A DNA stretch of 63,744 nt, counting the filler, from Chloroflexota bacterium (GTDB lineage: Bacteria; Chloroflexota; Chloroflexia; QHBQ01), in NCBI GenBank assembly GCA_043754535.1. It is 7 parts of 7 records of this genome, joined end to end, with 100 filler letters (N's around TTAATTAATTAA, not from the genome) between each part and the next. Parts side by side here need not be neighbours in the genome. Positions count along the whole stretch, not along the records: positions 1 to 12,371 come from JAYUUN010000064.1; 6 more parts are not named here. One strand, written 5' to 3'. Shown piece by piece: positions 1 to 9,454 of this stretch. The position numbers were made by a program, and so were the translations under genes. The notes beneath the pieces were generated by a model. It saw nothing but the letters and a program-made list of their open reading frames with translations. It ran no database searches and was not told where the DNA came from. Each line of letters opens with the position of its first letter. The first letter of the stretch is position 1.

Positions 1-3
1 CCA

Positions 4-40
4 CAAAAGTCCCCTCATCCCAGTGGGGGAGGGGGCTTTC
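4..40 (-). terminator. Intrinsic terminator after the APC permease gene
   Basis: On the minus strand, GC-rich hairpin AGCCCCCTC...GAGGGGACT followed by a T-run, about 10 nt past the stop codon. Confidence 0.6.
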
Positions 41-49
41 GTCGTGTAG

Positions 50-2470
50 CTATCTCTTTTTCTTGGCTTGCTCGCTAGCCAGCGGCGCAACTGGCTCATC
101 CTCACGTCCCAGGATGTTGAACTGCTTACCGATGTGGTAGGGGACACTTGTTACCACCACGTCTGGATGAGCCAGCAGCGAACCCTTGAGCCGCAGGGCA
201 GTGTGGGTGTGCAGGACGTTCTCCCACCAATGTTCGGCGACGAACTCTGGCAGGATCACCGTGACCGCCCGATCTGGGTATCGCTGATGCATATCCTCTA
301 CGAAGCTGATCAAAGGGCGCACCAGCGAGCGGTAGGGGGTCTCCAGGATCACCAGGCGCACGTCACCTTCGCTGAAGTACTTGCTCCACTTCTCCTTCAA
401 TCGCTCTGCCCCCTCCAGGTCGTCGGTAGCGTGGATAGCGATTACCTTGCTGAAGATGCTGCGAGCGTAGCCGATGGTTCGCAGCGAGGCGATGTTGATC
501 GAGGAGATTGGCACGATGGCGACGTGCTTGATGTCCTGGGGTTGCAAGCTGAGGTCGTTGAGCGCAAGGTTGCTGACGCTCAACGCGGTCGCCACCCGCT
601 CGTAGTGGCGGTGGATTGCGCGGAACATGGCTACCATCAGCGGGATCAGGATCATCACGATCCAGGCACCTTCGTGTATCTTGAAGTCGCCAATGGTGAA
701 CATTACTGCCCCTTCTTCGCTGTTGAACTTGGTAACGGCCACGACCAGCAGCACGATGGTAGTCGTGACTGCGCCAATGCCGTTGATCAGTGCGCCACGC
801 TGCCAGCCAGGGTTCTTTTCGCGTAGCCACTTGCTGACCATGCCGCTCTGCGACAGGGTAAAACTAAGGAACACGCCAATAGCATAGAGTGGAATTAGTG
901 CGCCCGTTTCAGCCTTGAAGATCACTAGTAGCAGGGCAGCAAGAACAGCCAACACGATGATGCCTGTGTTGTAAGCCAGCCGATCACCGCGGAAGCTAAA
1001 CTGGTTGGGCAAAAACTTGTCGCGGGCGAGGAAGAAAGCGACGCGGGGGAAGTCGGAGTAGCAGGTATTAGCTGCCAGCACTAGCACCAGCGTGGTAGCG
1101 ACCACAAAGACCGGGTAGACAGGTCCGAGGAAGCCAGTGAAGGTGTGGCGGGCCACCTGGTCGATCACGGTCTGACCTTGCGCTGTCACCCCCACGACAT
1201 GGAAGGCTTGCGAGAGGAAGGTGATACCGAGGAACATGAAGCCAAGGATGCCAACCATCACGATCAGTGTGGTGGCTGCGTTCTTCGCCTCTGGCTTGTG
1301 GAAGGCAGGCACGCCGTCGGAGATCGCTTCTACCCCAGTGAGGGCCGAGCAGCCGCTAGCGAAAGCGCGCATAACCAGGAAGACGAAGGCGAAGCCAGTA
1401 ATCTGCTCTGGCTGGCTAGCGAGAGCCGGGTACTTACTCACATCTTCGGTGAAGAAGCCCCAGCCGCTAATTGTCTGTACCACGCCAACCACGATCATCA
1501 GGGTGACAGTAAGGATAAACAGGTAGGTAGGAGCCGAGAAGACTGCCCCCGACTCCTTGATCCCCCGCAGGTTGACGACCGTGATCACCAGCACGAAGCC
1601 GAGAGCCATCAGTACCTTGGAGTCAGCTGCGCCAGGGATGGCTGAAACGATAGCCGCCGTCCCTGCCGAGACCGACACCGCAACGGTGAGGATGTAGTCG
1701 GTCATCAGGGCCGCCCCAGCCACCAGCCCAAAGTTGACCCCCAGGTTCTCTTTGCTGACGATGTAGCTGCCGCCGCCCTTTGGGTAGGCAAAGATCGTCT
1801 GGCGATAGCTGAAGCCAACGATCAGCAGCAAGGTAGCAATAGCTAGTGCGATGGGGATGCTAACCCCGGTGATTACGGCTACACCTGCCACCGCCAGCGT
1901 CTTGACGATCTCCTCGGTGGCGTAAGCGACTGAGGAGAGCGCATCTGAACTGAGGATCGCCAAAGCCTTAACTTTGGTGAGCCGCTCGTGGGCTGCCTCG
2001 CTGGTTGCTAGCGGCTTGCCAAAGAGGATGCGGGTGAAGCGGCTGAAGGGGCCACGCGGCTTGATCGTATCCTCGCTAGCCCGCTGATTGTCTGCGCCAT
2101 CAGGATTGAACAGGCGGCTGGGGCGCAGGTGCTTGATGTAGAGGTCACCTGGGTGTACCCCCTGCTGCACTGCCACCTCCGACCAGGCCATATCGCGGGG
2201 AGCAGCATCTGGGTCAGGTGGGGTTACGCGATGAACGCTGCGTCGGATGCTGGTTGGCTGGCCTCCGCTACTGCTGGCGATCATTTCTGGTCTGGCATTC
2301 AGATCAGTGTGCCAGCCGACCGCTGGTGGGATCGCCTCCGCTGCTCCACTACTTGCGTTGCCGGTAGGGGCATGGGGAGTGGAGCCGTTGCTGCTGACCT
2401 CACCAACCTCGTTGGCTACGCCTTTGTCCGCCTCCCGCTTTTTGTTGTCTTCCATCCCTATCAACCTCAC
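50..2470 (-). CDS. APC-family permease, KimA/YdaO-like putative K+ importer
   Basis: LSSDALSSVAYATEE, AYPKGGGSYIVSKENLG, CSALTGVEAISDGVPAF and LIPLYAIGVFLSFTLSQ motifs; about 12 TM segments; C-terminal cytosolic domain (PYRSL, VILPEFV..WWENVLH); long low-complexity N-terminus; start may be the ATG at 2455. Confidence 0.85.
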   Translation of the reverse strand: MRLIGMEDNKKREADKGVANEVGEVSSNGSTPHAPTGNASSGAAEAIPPAVGWHTDLNARPEMIASSSGGQPTSIRRSVHRVTPPDPDAAPRDMAWSEVAVQQGVHPGDLYIKHLRPSRLFNPDGADNQRASEDTIKPRGPFSRFTRILFGKPLATSEAAHERLTKVKALAILSSDALSSVAYATEEIVKTLAVAGVAVITGVSIPIALAIATLLLIVGFSYRQTIFAYPKGGGSYIVSKENLGVNFGLVAGAALMTDYILTVAVSVSAGTAAIVSAIPGAADSKVLMALGFVLVITVVNLRGIKESGAVFSAPTYLFILTVTLMIVVGVVQTISGWGFFTEDVSKYPALASQPEQITGFAFVFLVMRAFASGCSALTGVEAISDGVPAFHKPEAKNAATTLIVMVGILGFMFLGITFLSQAFHVVGVTAQGQTVIDQVARHTFTGFLGPVYPVFVVATTLVLVLAANTCYSDFPRVAFFLARDKFLPNQFSFRGDRLAYNTGIIVLAVLAALLLVIFKAETGALIPLYAIGVFLSFTLSQSGMVSKWLREKNPGWQRGALINGIGAVTTTIVLLVVAVTKFNSEEGAVMFTIGDFKIHEGAWIVMILIPLMVAMFRAIHRHYERVATALSVSNLALNDLSLQPQDIKHVAIVPISSINIASLRTIGYARSIFSKVIAIHATDDLEGAERLKEKWSKYFSEGDVRLVILETPYRSLVRPLISFVEDMHQRYPDRAVTVILPEFVAEHWWENVLHTHTALRLKGSLLAHPDVVVTSVPYHIGKQFNILGREDEPVAPLASEQAKKKR

Positions 2471-2563
2471 TTGTCTATTGCCTCTGGCTAGCCGCTAATC
2501 TATCTACACTGCATGGTACGTGCCAGCCACCTGTTGGTGGCTACCGCCACAAAGGAGGCGCGC

Positions 2564-2590
2564 AAAAGAGGCGCACCAGCCGTGCGCCCC
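2564..2590 (-). terminator. Putative intrinsic terminator
   Basis: GGGGCGCAC-ggctg-GTGCGCCTC-TTTT on the minus strand downstream of the TPR gene. Confidence 0.5.
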
Positions 2591-2637
2591 GCTGCACCCA
2601 CTTGTATACAAACAGGTGGTTTATCGGTTGCAGAGGA

Positions 2638-3477
2638 TTATCCTTCTTCATCGCTATCGTCATCGTCGTCATCCTCAAAGGGTACTTCGTCCTCGTTGTC
2701 GCTCTCCTCTACCTCGCTCTCCTCGCCAAAGTCTGGCTCGTAGGCGTTCTCCTCGTCGTCCTCCGCTACTGCCGTGCTGCGAACGTAGGGGCGTGGAGCA
2801 GGCATCCCCTGGGAAGTGAAGGAGGGGCGACCGACCATGGAGGCATCCTGGTGGGTTTCGTGGATGATGATCTTGACCTGCTTCTCGCTGATCACGGTCA
2901 CGGCGGCAGCGTAGCGGTTGCCTGCCTGGATGAAGCGGCTCAGGTGCAGCCCCATTTTCGGTTCTACCGTGCCGATGTACTCGCCCTCGCGGGACTCGAC
3001 CTTCAGGCTATTGCCGTCTACTTTGAGGATCACGGTGTCGCCAGGGATTACTCGGTTGAGTACTTCGGTGGAAGCCAGTTGGTTGAGGCTGGCGGTGCCA
3101 CTCTTGCCCGTCTCCTCAATAAAGGTGGTGGGCAAGATCGGGGCGGCTTTGCTCTGGCTGGGCGCACTTCGGCGAGGGGCAGCGGTCTGCCGCTCGGCCA
3201 GCACCGCCAGCCGCTTCTTGTTCTTCTGGGCTATCGTATTGCTAGGGTCAAGCGCACTCGCCTTGCTGTAGGCATCGTGGCTGTCGCGGTACTGCTCCAG
3301 TTCGGCCAATGCCTTGCCCAGCCGATTGTAAGACTCGGCATCGTCGGGGAACATGGCAATGATCGTGCGGTTGGTTTCGGCGGCCTCCTGCCACTTGCCC
3401 TGCATCGCCAGGTTGATCGCCTGCTCGGTTCGCAGGCGGCGGAGGCGGTTCTTCTCTTCAGGATTGTATTGGCTCAC
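2638..3477 (-). CDS. Tetratricopeptide repeat protein with acidic C-terminal tail
   Basis: TPR pattern (WQEAAETN..FPDDAESYNRLGKALAEL..AYSKASALDPSN), FIEETGK motif, D/E-rich tail; GTG at 3477 preferred over the ORF-track start 3516. Confidence 0.7.
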   Translation of the reverse strand: MSQYNPEEKNRLRRLRTEQAINLAMQGKWQEAAETNRTIIAMFPDDAESYNRLGKALAELEQYRDSHDAYSKASALDPSNTIAQKNKKRLAVLAERQTAAPRRSAPSQSKAAPILPTTFIEETGKSGTASLNQLASTEVLNRVIPGDTVILKVDGNSLKVESREGEYIGTVEPKMGLHLSRFIQAGNRYAAAVTVISEKQVKIIIHETHQDASMVGRPSFTSQGMPAPRPYVRSTAVAEDDEENAYEPDFGEESEVEESDNEDEVPFEDDDDDDSDEEG

Positions 3478-3609
3478 GTTTGGGGCTACCCCTGTTCTCC
3501 CCCTCAGCGGGGTCACGGTTGCTAGTTAAATTATACACAATCTACGCACTTTTTGCCTAATTCGGTTTTGTCCTCTAACTATCTTCTATCGTTGCAGTCT
3601 ATCCCGTAG

Positions 3610-5154
3610 CTAGACCAGCTCCCCTTGCACCGACCAGGCACTAACCTTCGTCAGCCGCAAATTGACTAGCCTGCCGCGATAGTCTACCCCAGTTGCGCCG
3701 TCAAAGTGCGCGACCTTGTTCGGGCGGGTGCGGCCCGTCCAACGACCGTTGTGCATCCCCTCGACCAGCACCTCGGCCACCTGACCAAGCAGTGGAGCAT
3801 TCAGTTCAGTCAACACCTGCTCCTGCAAGTGTTCGATCTTCTGCAAGCGGCGACGCTTCTCGGCCAGCGGCACATCATCGCCCAGGGTGTAGGCGTAGGT
3901 GCCAGGGCGGGGCGAGTAGGCAGCGACGTGAACAGCATCAAACTTGATCTCCTCCAGCATGGCGAAGGTGTTAGCGAACTGCTCCTCGCTCTCGCCAGGG
4001 AAGCCCACGATGATGTCGGTCGCCAGCGACACGCCAGGGATCGCTGCCCGAATGCGCCCGATCAAGTCGATGTAATAGTCCATGCGGTAGCTGCGCCGCA
4101 TCGCCCGCAAGGTGCGGTCGTCACCCGCCTGCACTGGCAGGTTGATGTGTTCGCAAGCCTTACTCAGGCGGCCCACCGTGTCCAGCAACTTCTGGCTCAT
4201 GTCCTTCGGGTGGCTGGTGAGGAAGCGCACGCGCCAGAGGCCCTCCACCTGCTCCAACGCTTCGAGCAGGTCGGCCAGGTCGCTACGCGGGCTGAGATCG
4301 TGGCCGTAGGTGTCCACGTTCTGGCCTAGCAGCGTTACCTCGCGCACATCAGCCGCCACCAGGTCGCGCACCTCGTTCACGATGTCCACGACAGTGCGGC
4401 TTCGCTCGCGCCCGCGTCGGAAAGGGATCACGCAGTAGCTGCACTGCTTGTTGCAGCCGTAGATCACCGGGATGTAGGCGGTTACATTCTGCTGCTCGGC
4501 AGCAGCCAGCGTACCCAGCGGGCGCGGGAAGGGTGAACCCTCGCGCCCCGATGTCACCACGATAGCTTGCTCTGCGTGGGATAGGGGGGAACGGCGCGGG
4601 TCGGTCAGCAGCAAGTCAGGGTCGAGAGGGTCGCGGTTTGCCAGCAGGTCGCCGAACGTGGGGATCGCCTGTTCGGTAGCAACTAGCGGCGCATCGGCTG
4701 GTTGCAAGCTGATCATGCTACTGAAGCGGCGCGGGCTGGCTGGCAGTGCTTCTCCCTCCCTTGCGGTGGGGGGCAGGGTAGGGCTGTTGGGGACAGCCTG
4801 ACGGAAGTCGGCTGGCAGCATAGCGATGAAATCCTCCCAGGCCGAGGGCTTGAAGAAGTAGTCAATGATCGGGAACCGCTTCGCCAGAGCCTCCTCCTGC
4901 CCCGGCACCATGCAACCGGTCAGGGCGATCTTCATCTCTGGGTGGTTGCGCTTGACCCGGTAGAGTTCGCCCAACCTGCCGGTAACCCGCTCCTCGGCAC
5001 TGAGGCGCACACTGCACGAGTTCAGCACTACGAGGTCTGCCTCCTCTGCCGTGTCCACAGCGATGTGACCTAGCTTCTCCAATGCGCGACAGATGTAATT
5101 GCTGTCGGCCACGTTCATCTGGCAGCCAACCGTGAAACTGTAATACTTAGCCAT
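3610..5154 (-). CDS. miaB: tRNA-2-methylthio-N6-dimethylallyladenosine synthase MiaB
   Basis: N-terminal TVGCQMNVADS, NSCSVR and TGC (UPF0004 domain); radical SAM GCNKQCSYC; TDIIVGFPGE; YSPRPGT; C-terminal TRAM domain. Confidence 0.9.
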   Translation of the reverse strand: MAKYYSFTVGCQMNVADSNYICRALEKLGHIAVDTAEEADLVVLNSCSVRLSAEERVTGRLGELYRVKRNHPEMKIALTGCMVPGQEEALAKRFPIIDYFFKPSAWEDFIAMLPADFRQAVPNSPTLPPTAREGEALPASPRRFSSMISLQPADAPLVATEQAIPTFGDLLANRDPLDPDLLLTDPRRSPLSHAEQAIVVTSGREGSPFPRPLGTLAAAEQQNVTAYIPVIYGCNKQCSYCVIPFRRGRERSRTVVDIVNEVRDLVAADVREVTLLGQNVDTYGHDLSPRSDLADLLEALEQVEGLWRVRFLTSHPKDMSQKLLDTVGRLSKACEHINLPVQAGDDRTLRAMRRSYRMDYYIDLIGRIRAAIPGVSLATDIIVGFPGESEEQFANTFAMLEEIKFDAVHVAAYSPRPGTYAYTLGDDVPLAEKRRRLQKIEHLQEQVLTELNAPLLGQVAEVLVEGMHNGRWTGRTRPNKVAHFDGATGVDYRGRLVNLRLTKVSAWSVQGELV

Positions 5155-5290
5155 CTTTTTGCCCCACCATCCTGGTTTACAGCCGTAGATCGCTCTTGAC
5201 GCGACTGGAATTATACCTGACTGGGGGGGGATTGACAAGCCTGGCCCGCTTGATGCACAATAGTGGACAAATCAGCAGAGAGGTGCTAGC

Positions 5291-5905
5291 ATGATCTATA
5301 ATACTGATGAGCAGCCCCCGCGTGCGCCCTTGCCTTCCTTGCCAGCCGAGCAGCACAGCGAGGCGGCTCCCAGCCCAGTAGAGCCAGAGTGGTGGCAGGC
5401 AGTAGGCCAGTTGTACCTCATTGCCCTGATCTTTAGTACAAATCTCACCCCTGCGCAGTTCATCGTTATCGGCCTCTACTACTTGCTGCTGCTTGCAAGG
5501 CGGATGATGTTGCAGCCGACGAAGGTAGATTTGCCGCCCGCCAAAACAGCACGCAGCTTTACCCCCGAAGCGAGTTGGTACCTGTTGACCACCTGGATAC
5601 TTGCTATCGGGGTAGCCTGGTTCACCACTGGCTACTTCTGGAGGCTGCCTGCGGCAACTGCTTACTGCTTGCTGCTGATCCTGCTTGTTTATACAGGCCA
5701 CTACAGGGTGCTGCCGCCCAAGCCTGCCGCACCCAAAAGTAGGCAGGACAAGATAGTGGGCTGGTTGGTGCTGGCTGGCCTGGTGGCCTTGCTGATTGGG
5801 ATCACTACGCTCGGCACGATCTGGCCGTTTGTACTTTACTGCCTGGTTGCTCCTGCCGCTATCCTTGCCACCAGGCCCAAGCCAGAGAAGGCACTGCGGG
5901 CCTGA
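5291..5905 (+). CDS. Hypothetical multi-pass membrane protein
   Basis: About 6 hydrophobic segments; GAGG RBS; TTGACA-N18-CACAAT upstream. Confidence 0.6.
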   Translation: MIYNTDEQPPRAPLPSLPAEQHSEAAPSPVEPEWWQAVGQLYLIALIFSTNLTPAQFIVIGLYYLLLLARRMMLQPTKVDLPPAKTARSFTPEASWYLLTTWILAIGVAWFTTGYFWRLPAATAYCLLLILLVYTGHYRVLPPKPAAPKSRQDKIVGWLVLAGLVALLIGITTLGTIWPFVLYCLVAPAAILATRPKPEKALRA

Positions 5906-6036
5906 CTGGTATCTGCTGTCCTAGCCCGCTGTCCGTTGCCGCCGCCAGCACAGGTACCTGCCCCACGTTGACGATCCCCCGCTGCTGGTGTATATTAGGG
6001 GCTGAAGATCACACTCTGGAGGAGCAAGCAGGCACT

Positions 6037-6960
6037 ATGTACAATGGTAAGCTGACGGTTATGGCGGTACACGCCCACCCTGACGACGAATTGATCGGCA
6101 CTGGGCCGTTGCTGGCTCGCTACGCCCATGAGGGGGTGGAATGCGTGCTGGTCACCTGCACGAGAGGTGAGGCAGGGGAGATCCACGATCCCGACCTGAA
6201 AGAGGAGGAAGCGCGCCCGATCCTCGGCGAAATCCGCCTGCGCGAACTGGCCTGCGCTTTGGCGATCCTCGGCGTGCAGCACTCGGAGCAACTCGGCTAC
6301 CGTGATAGCGGCATGGTAGGGACGGCGGAGAACGACGACCCCCGCTCCTTCCACATGGCCGACATGGAGGAGGCGGTTGGCAGGCTAGTGGCCCATGTGC
6401 GCCACTATCAGCCAGAGGTGATCGTTACCTACAACGAGTTCGGCGGCTATGGTCACCCCGACCACATCAACGCCCATCGCATTGCAGTCGCCGCCTTCGA
6501 TGCCGCCGCTGACCCCACCCTCTACCCGCAGGCGGGCGCGCCCTGGCAGGCAAAGAAGCTCTACTACACCTCCTGGAACATCGAGGAGTGGCAGAAGCTG
6601 ACGGAGACCCTCAAGGAGCGCGGCCTGCCTTCGCCCTGGGGTGCTGACGAGGAGCCAGCCGATCTGAGCGAGGAGGACAGGCAGAAGCGCGCTGATGAGA
6701 CGCAGAAGGAGAGGGAGCGGAGCATCGCTGAGGCTGCCCGCGTGACGACCAAAATGGACAATACCGCTTACACCAACCTGGTCTTCCAGGCTGCTCGCTG
6801 CCACCGTAGCCAGTTTGCCCAGGACGGTGTGTTCTTCACTATGCCAGAGGACATGCAGACGCTTGCCTTCGGCCATGACTGGTTTATTCGCGCCCGCTCG
6901 CTGGTTGCAGTGGCAGAGAAACCAGAGAGCGATCTGTTGGTTGGCCTGGCTGGGGGCTGA
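6037..6960 (+). CDS. PIG-L/LmbE family N-acetyl deacetylase (Mca/MshB-like)
   Basis: HAHPDDE and GGYGHPDH metal-binding motifs, TCTRGEAGEI, YRDSGM, CHRSQ. Confidence 0.85.
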   Translation: MYNGKLTVMAVHAHPDDELIGTGPLLARYAHEGVECVLVTCTRGEAGEIHDPDLKEEEARPILGEIRLRELACALAILGVQHSEQLGYRDSGMVGTAENDDPRSFHMADMEEAVGRLVAHVRHYQPEVIVTYNEFGGYGHPDHINAHRIAVAAFDAAADPTLYPQAGAPWQAKKLYYTSWNIEEWQKLTETLKERGLPSPWGADEEPADLSEEDRQKRADETQKERERSIAEAARVTTKMDNTAYTNLVFQAARCHRSQFAQDGVFFTMPEDMQTLAFGHDWFIRARSLVAVAEKPESDLLVGLAGG

Positions 6961-7018
6961 TAGCTAACTGCGGTGGCCTGATCTTCTTATCCCCTGCTAG
7001 GGGCAAGGTGGGGCAAGC

Positions 7019-7432
7019 ATGGTAACTAGCACAGATCGGATGTTCATTTTCCAAACTATCTACCGCCGAGTGGCCTTCGCTTTGGTGGTTGGTTTGCTGC
7101 TGACCGTTGCGGGGCTAACTATCCGCGACGGTGGGAGGATGCTCCCTGGCGAGCAGGTGGCGCAGCGGGTAGTCAGCTACGGCTTCCCCTTCGGCTACTT
7201 TCAGCAACTCACTCTCCTCCAACAGCGCAGCGAGAACACAGTTAGCCGGGCTGGGGAGGGCAATAGCTGGCAGGTAACTCCTTTCCTCACCAACCTGCTA
7301 TTCTGGTTCGCAGTTGCGTTCGGCCTGACTACGCCGCGTCGCTGGCTACTATTTAGCCTCACTGCGATCCTGGTGGCGGTCGCGCTGATCGCGGTGACGC
7401 GGATGCCGCTGCTTTGGGCCTGGGAGCGTTAG
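7019..7432 (+). CDS. Small membrane protein with YGFPF motif (paralog 1)
   Basis: TM - YGFPF loop - W..F..NLLFW - TM; paralogous to the next ORF. Confidence 0.6.
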   Translation: MVTSTDRMFIFQTIYRRVAFALVVGLLLTVAGLTIRDGGRMLPGEQVAQRVVSYGFPFGYFQQLTLLQQRSENTVSRAGEGNSWQVTPFLTNLLFWFAVAFGLTTPRRWLLFSLTAILVAVALIAVTRMPLLWAWER

Positions 7433-7866
7433 GAGAGAACTTGGACGAAGAAGAAAAGCAACCCGTTCCCGTTGTGCGCCCTCCGTTCCAGCCCAGTCCC
7501 CCCCTCTTTGCCCTTGCGCTGACGGTCGGGCTGCTGCTGACCTTGTTCAGCCTGATGGTCAGCACCACCGAGGAGAACAGGTCAGACGGGGTAAACAAAC
7601 GTTACTACGTTGGCTACGGCTTCCCCTTCCCCTACACCGCCGCGACGGTGGCGAAGGAAGACCCCTTCAAGGCCCTCGACAACCCGGCTACCGTCCTCAA
7701 CCTCGGTCAGTGGCGATGGGGGGCGTTCGCTCTCGACGGGCTGTTGTGGACGGCGGTTGTCTTCGCAGCGGCAGCAATCAACCGCATAGTAGCTAGCCCT
7801 GGCAGCTTCTTTGCACTATTGTTGGTTGGCATAGTCTTCCTCATCTTCTACGCACTTGTGTTGTGA
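7414..7866 (+). CDS. Small membrane protein with YGFPF motif (paralog 2)
   Basis: TM - YGFPF loop - WGAFALDGLLW - TM; true start probably the TTG at 7441 after AGGAG. Confidence 0.6.
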   Translation: MGLGALGENLDEEEKQPVPVVRPPFQPSPPLFALALTVGLLLTLFSLMVSTTEENRSDGVNKRYYVGYGFPFPYTAATVAKEDPFKALDNPATVLNLGQWRWGAFALDGLLWTAVVFAAAAINRIVASPGSFFALLLVGIVFLIFYALVL

Positions 7867-7890
7867 GCGGCGGTAACTGCGAGCAAAAGG

Positions 7891-7919
7891 AAGCCCCTCT
7901 GCAACCAGGAGGGGCTTTT
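7891..7919. terminator. Bidirectional intrinsic terminator
   Basis: AAGCCCCTC...GAGGGGCTTTT with an A-run on the left, between convergent genes. Confidence 0.7.
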
Positions 7920-7937
7920 GGTTGTTCTCTTTGATGC

Positions 7938-8603
7938 TTAAAGAGGGGCGGGCGGTCTGAGGGTAATCGGCTTGACTATCGGTGGGGCGGCCTGACCCAG
8001 CTTGCTGTTGCTGGCGCGCAAAGTAACCTGGTAGAGGGTGTCCACCCTGGGGTAGCGGTGAGCAGGGTTGGCTTCAGTGCTGCTGTTGCCGTCGCCAAAC
8101 TCCCAACGGAAGGTATCAGCCCCTATGCCGCTGTAGCTGAACTGCACGATCAGGCCGTCCGGTGCCTGCTGGCTATAGCGGAAGTCAGCAGTAAGGAGTG
8201 TATTGGGGCCAGCAAGCTGGTTCGGCTGGCTGTTGGCAAGGAGGCTGACAGCCAACACGCCAAAGCTAGCGAGCAGGATTACAGTCGCTAGCGCATAGCC
8301 GATCTTCAATTGGCGGTGAGCCGCTGGGCGGTCAGAGTGCGGCGGTGATTGCCCACTCATCGTTGCGTGCATCGCCTCGCGGATGCGCCCCGCCGCCTGG
8401 TTGCTGATTACCTGGTGGCCCAGGTGGCCTTGCAATGCTGCCCGTGCCTGCCGCTCTGTCCCTCGTGCCGCCGCCACTTCGCGAGCGAAAACCGCATCCG
8501 CTGCGATTCGCGCCTCCAATTGCTGTTGGTCAGTACTAGCCATCGTGCCATCCAGGTAAGCATCCAGGCTGCGGTAGTCATCAACCCTGTCGTATTCTGC
8601 CAT
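7938..8603 (-). CDS. Putative anti-sigma factor with extracytoplasmic PKD domain
   Basis: N-terminal LDAYLDG anti-sigma helix, single TM, PKD signature WEFGDG...NPAHRY; directly downstream of the ECF sigma. Confidence 0.75.
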   Translation of the reverse strand: MAEYDRVDDYRSLDAYLDGTMASTDQQQLEARIAADAVFAREVAAARGTERQARAALQGHLGHQVISNQAAGRIREAMHATMSGQSPPHSDRPAAHRQLKIGYALATVILLASFGVLAVSLLANSQPNQLAGPNTLLTADFRYSQQAPDGLIVQFSYSGIGADTFRWEFGDGNSSTEANPAHRYPRVDTLYQVTLRASNSKLGQAAPPIVKPITLRPPAPL

Positions 8604-8609
8604 TGTCGC

Positions 8610-9278
8610 TCAAACCTCGACCTCTAATTTTGCACTCCTACGTTGAGCTATAGTCTGTCTGCGGCGATTTCCTTCAAGAAAGCCAAAAGCCTCGGTTAGA
8701 CCGTCGCTTTGCAGAGTCAGTTGTAGGCGGCGGCGGGCCTCATGTAGCCGTGAGTGGACAGTGCCTTCGTTGATCTGGAGCGTGCTGGCGATCTCAGCGC
8801 ACGACATATCTAGGTAGTAGCGCAGGACAACTACAGAGCGCATCTTATCATCCATCTTGTTGACTACTACCCACATCTGGCGGCGCAGGTCGTTGGTCTG
8901 AGCCACGTGGTCAGGCAGGTTGCTAGGGCTGGGGTCGGGTAGGTCGAACTCAACCGCATCCTCATCGTTGCTGCCCCAGAGGTTGCTGAGGGAGACGCTG
9001 AGGAAGTGGCGGCGCAACTTGCGGCGGCAGTGATTGGCTACGACCTGGTTGAGCCAGCGTTCGAACACGCCGCGCTGGGGGTCGAAAGTGCGGATTGAGC
9101 GCAATAGGCCGATGAACACATCCTGCACTGCGTCCTCTGCATCCTGGGGGTGGCGCAGCAGTGCAAGGGCAACCCGATAAACCTGGCTCTTGTACTGGTC
9201 AAACAGCAGGTCAAAGGCTTCAACTTCTCCAGCCCGACAGCGTTCAACGACATTGTTAGTTTCGTTCTGGTTCTCCAC
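8610..9278 (-). CDS. ECF RNA polymerase sigma-70 factor
   Basis: Region 2 DAEDAVQDVF..FERWL; region 4 EIASTLQINEGTVHSRLHEARRRL; GTG at 9278 follows a GGAGG RBS (ORF track starts 9341). Confidence 0.9.
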   Translation of the reverse strand: MENQNETNNVVERCRAGEVEAFDLLFDQYKSQVYRVALALLRHPQDAEDAVQDVFIGLLRSIRTFDPQRGVFERWLNQVVANHCRRKLRRHFLSVSLSNLWGSNDEDAVEFDLPDPSPSNLPDHVAQTNDLRRQMWVVVNKMDDKMRSVVVLRYYLDMSCAEIASTLQINEGTVHSRLHEARRRLQLTLQSDGLTEAFGFLEGNRRRQTIAQRRSAKLEVEV

Positions 9279-9454
9279 GAGTCCCTCCGTCTTTGTTCCT
9301 AACCTTACCATCACCTTACCATTCGCACGGCACGAAGCCATTGTACGCTAACTTGTCCGCTGCACCTGTCAAGCGGTATACTCTGGGGGTGTAAAGTTCT
9401 GTACATAGCAAAGAACGTCTGGCGCACATAGTACGTACCATAAGGATCGCTGCG

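Noticed and set aside
2471..2637. c-di-AMP (ydaO) riboswitch upstream of the KimA-like gene
   Set aside because: I could not find the conserved GCTGAA / GGAGGAAC elements; the visible hairpin is better explained as the upstream gene's terminator.
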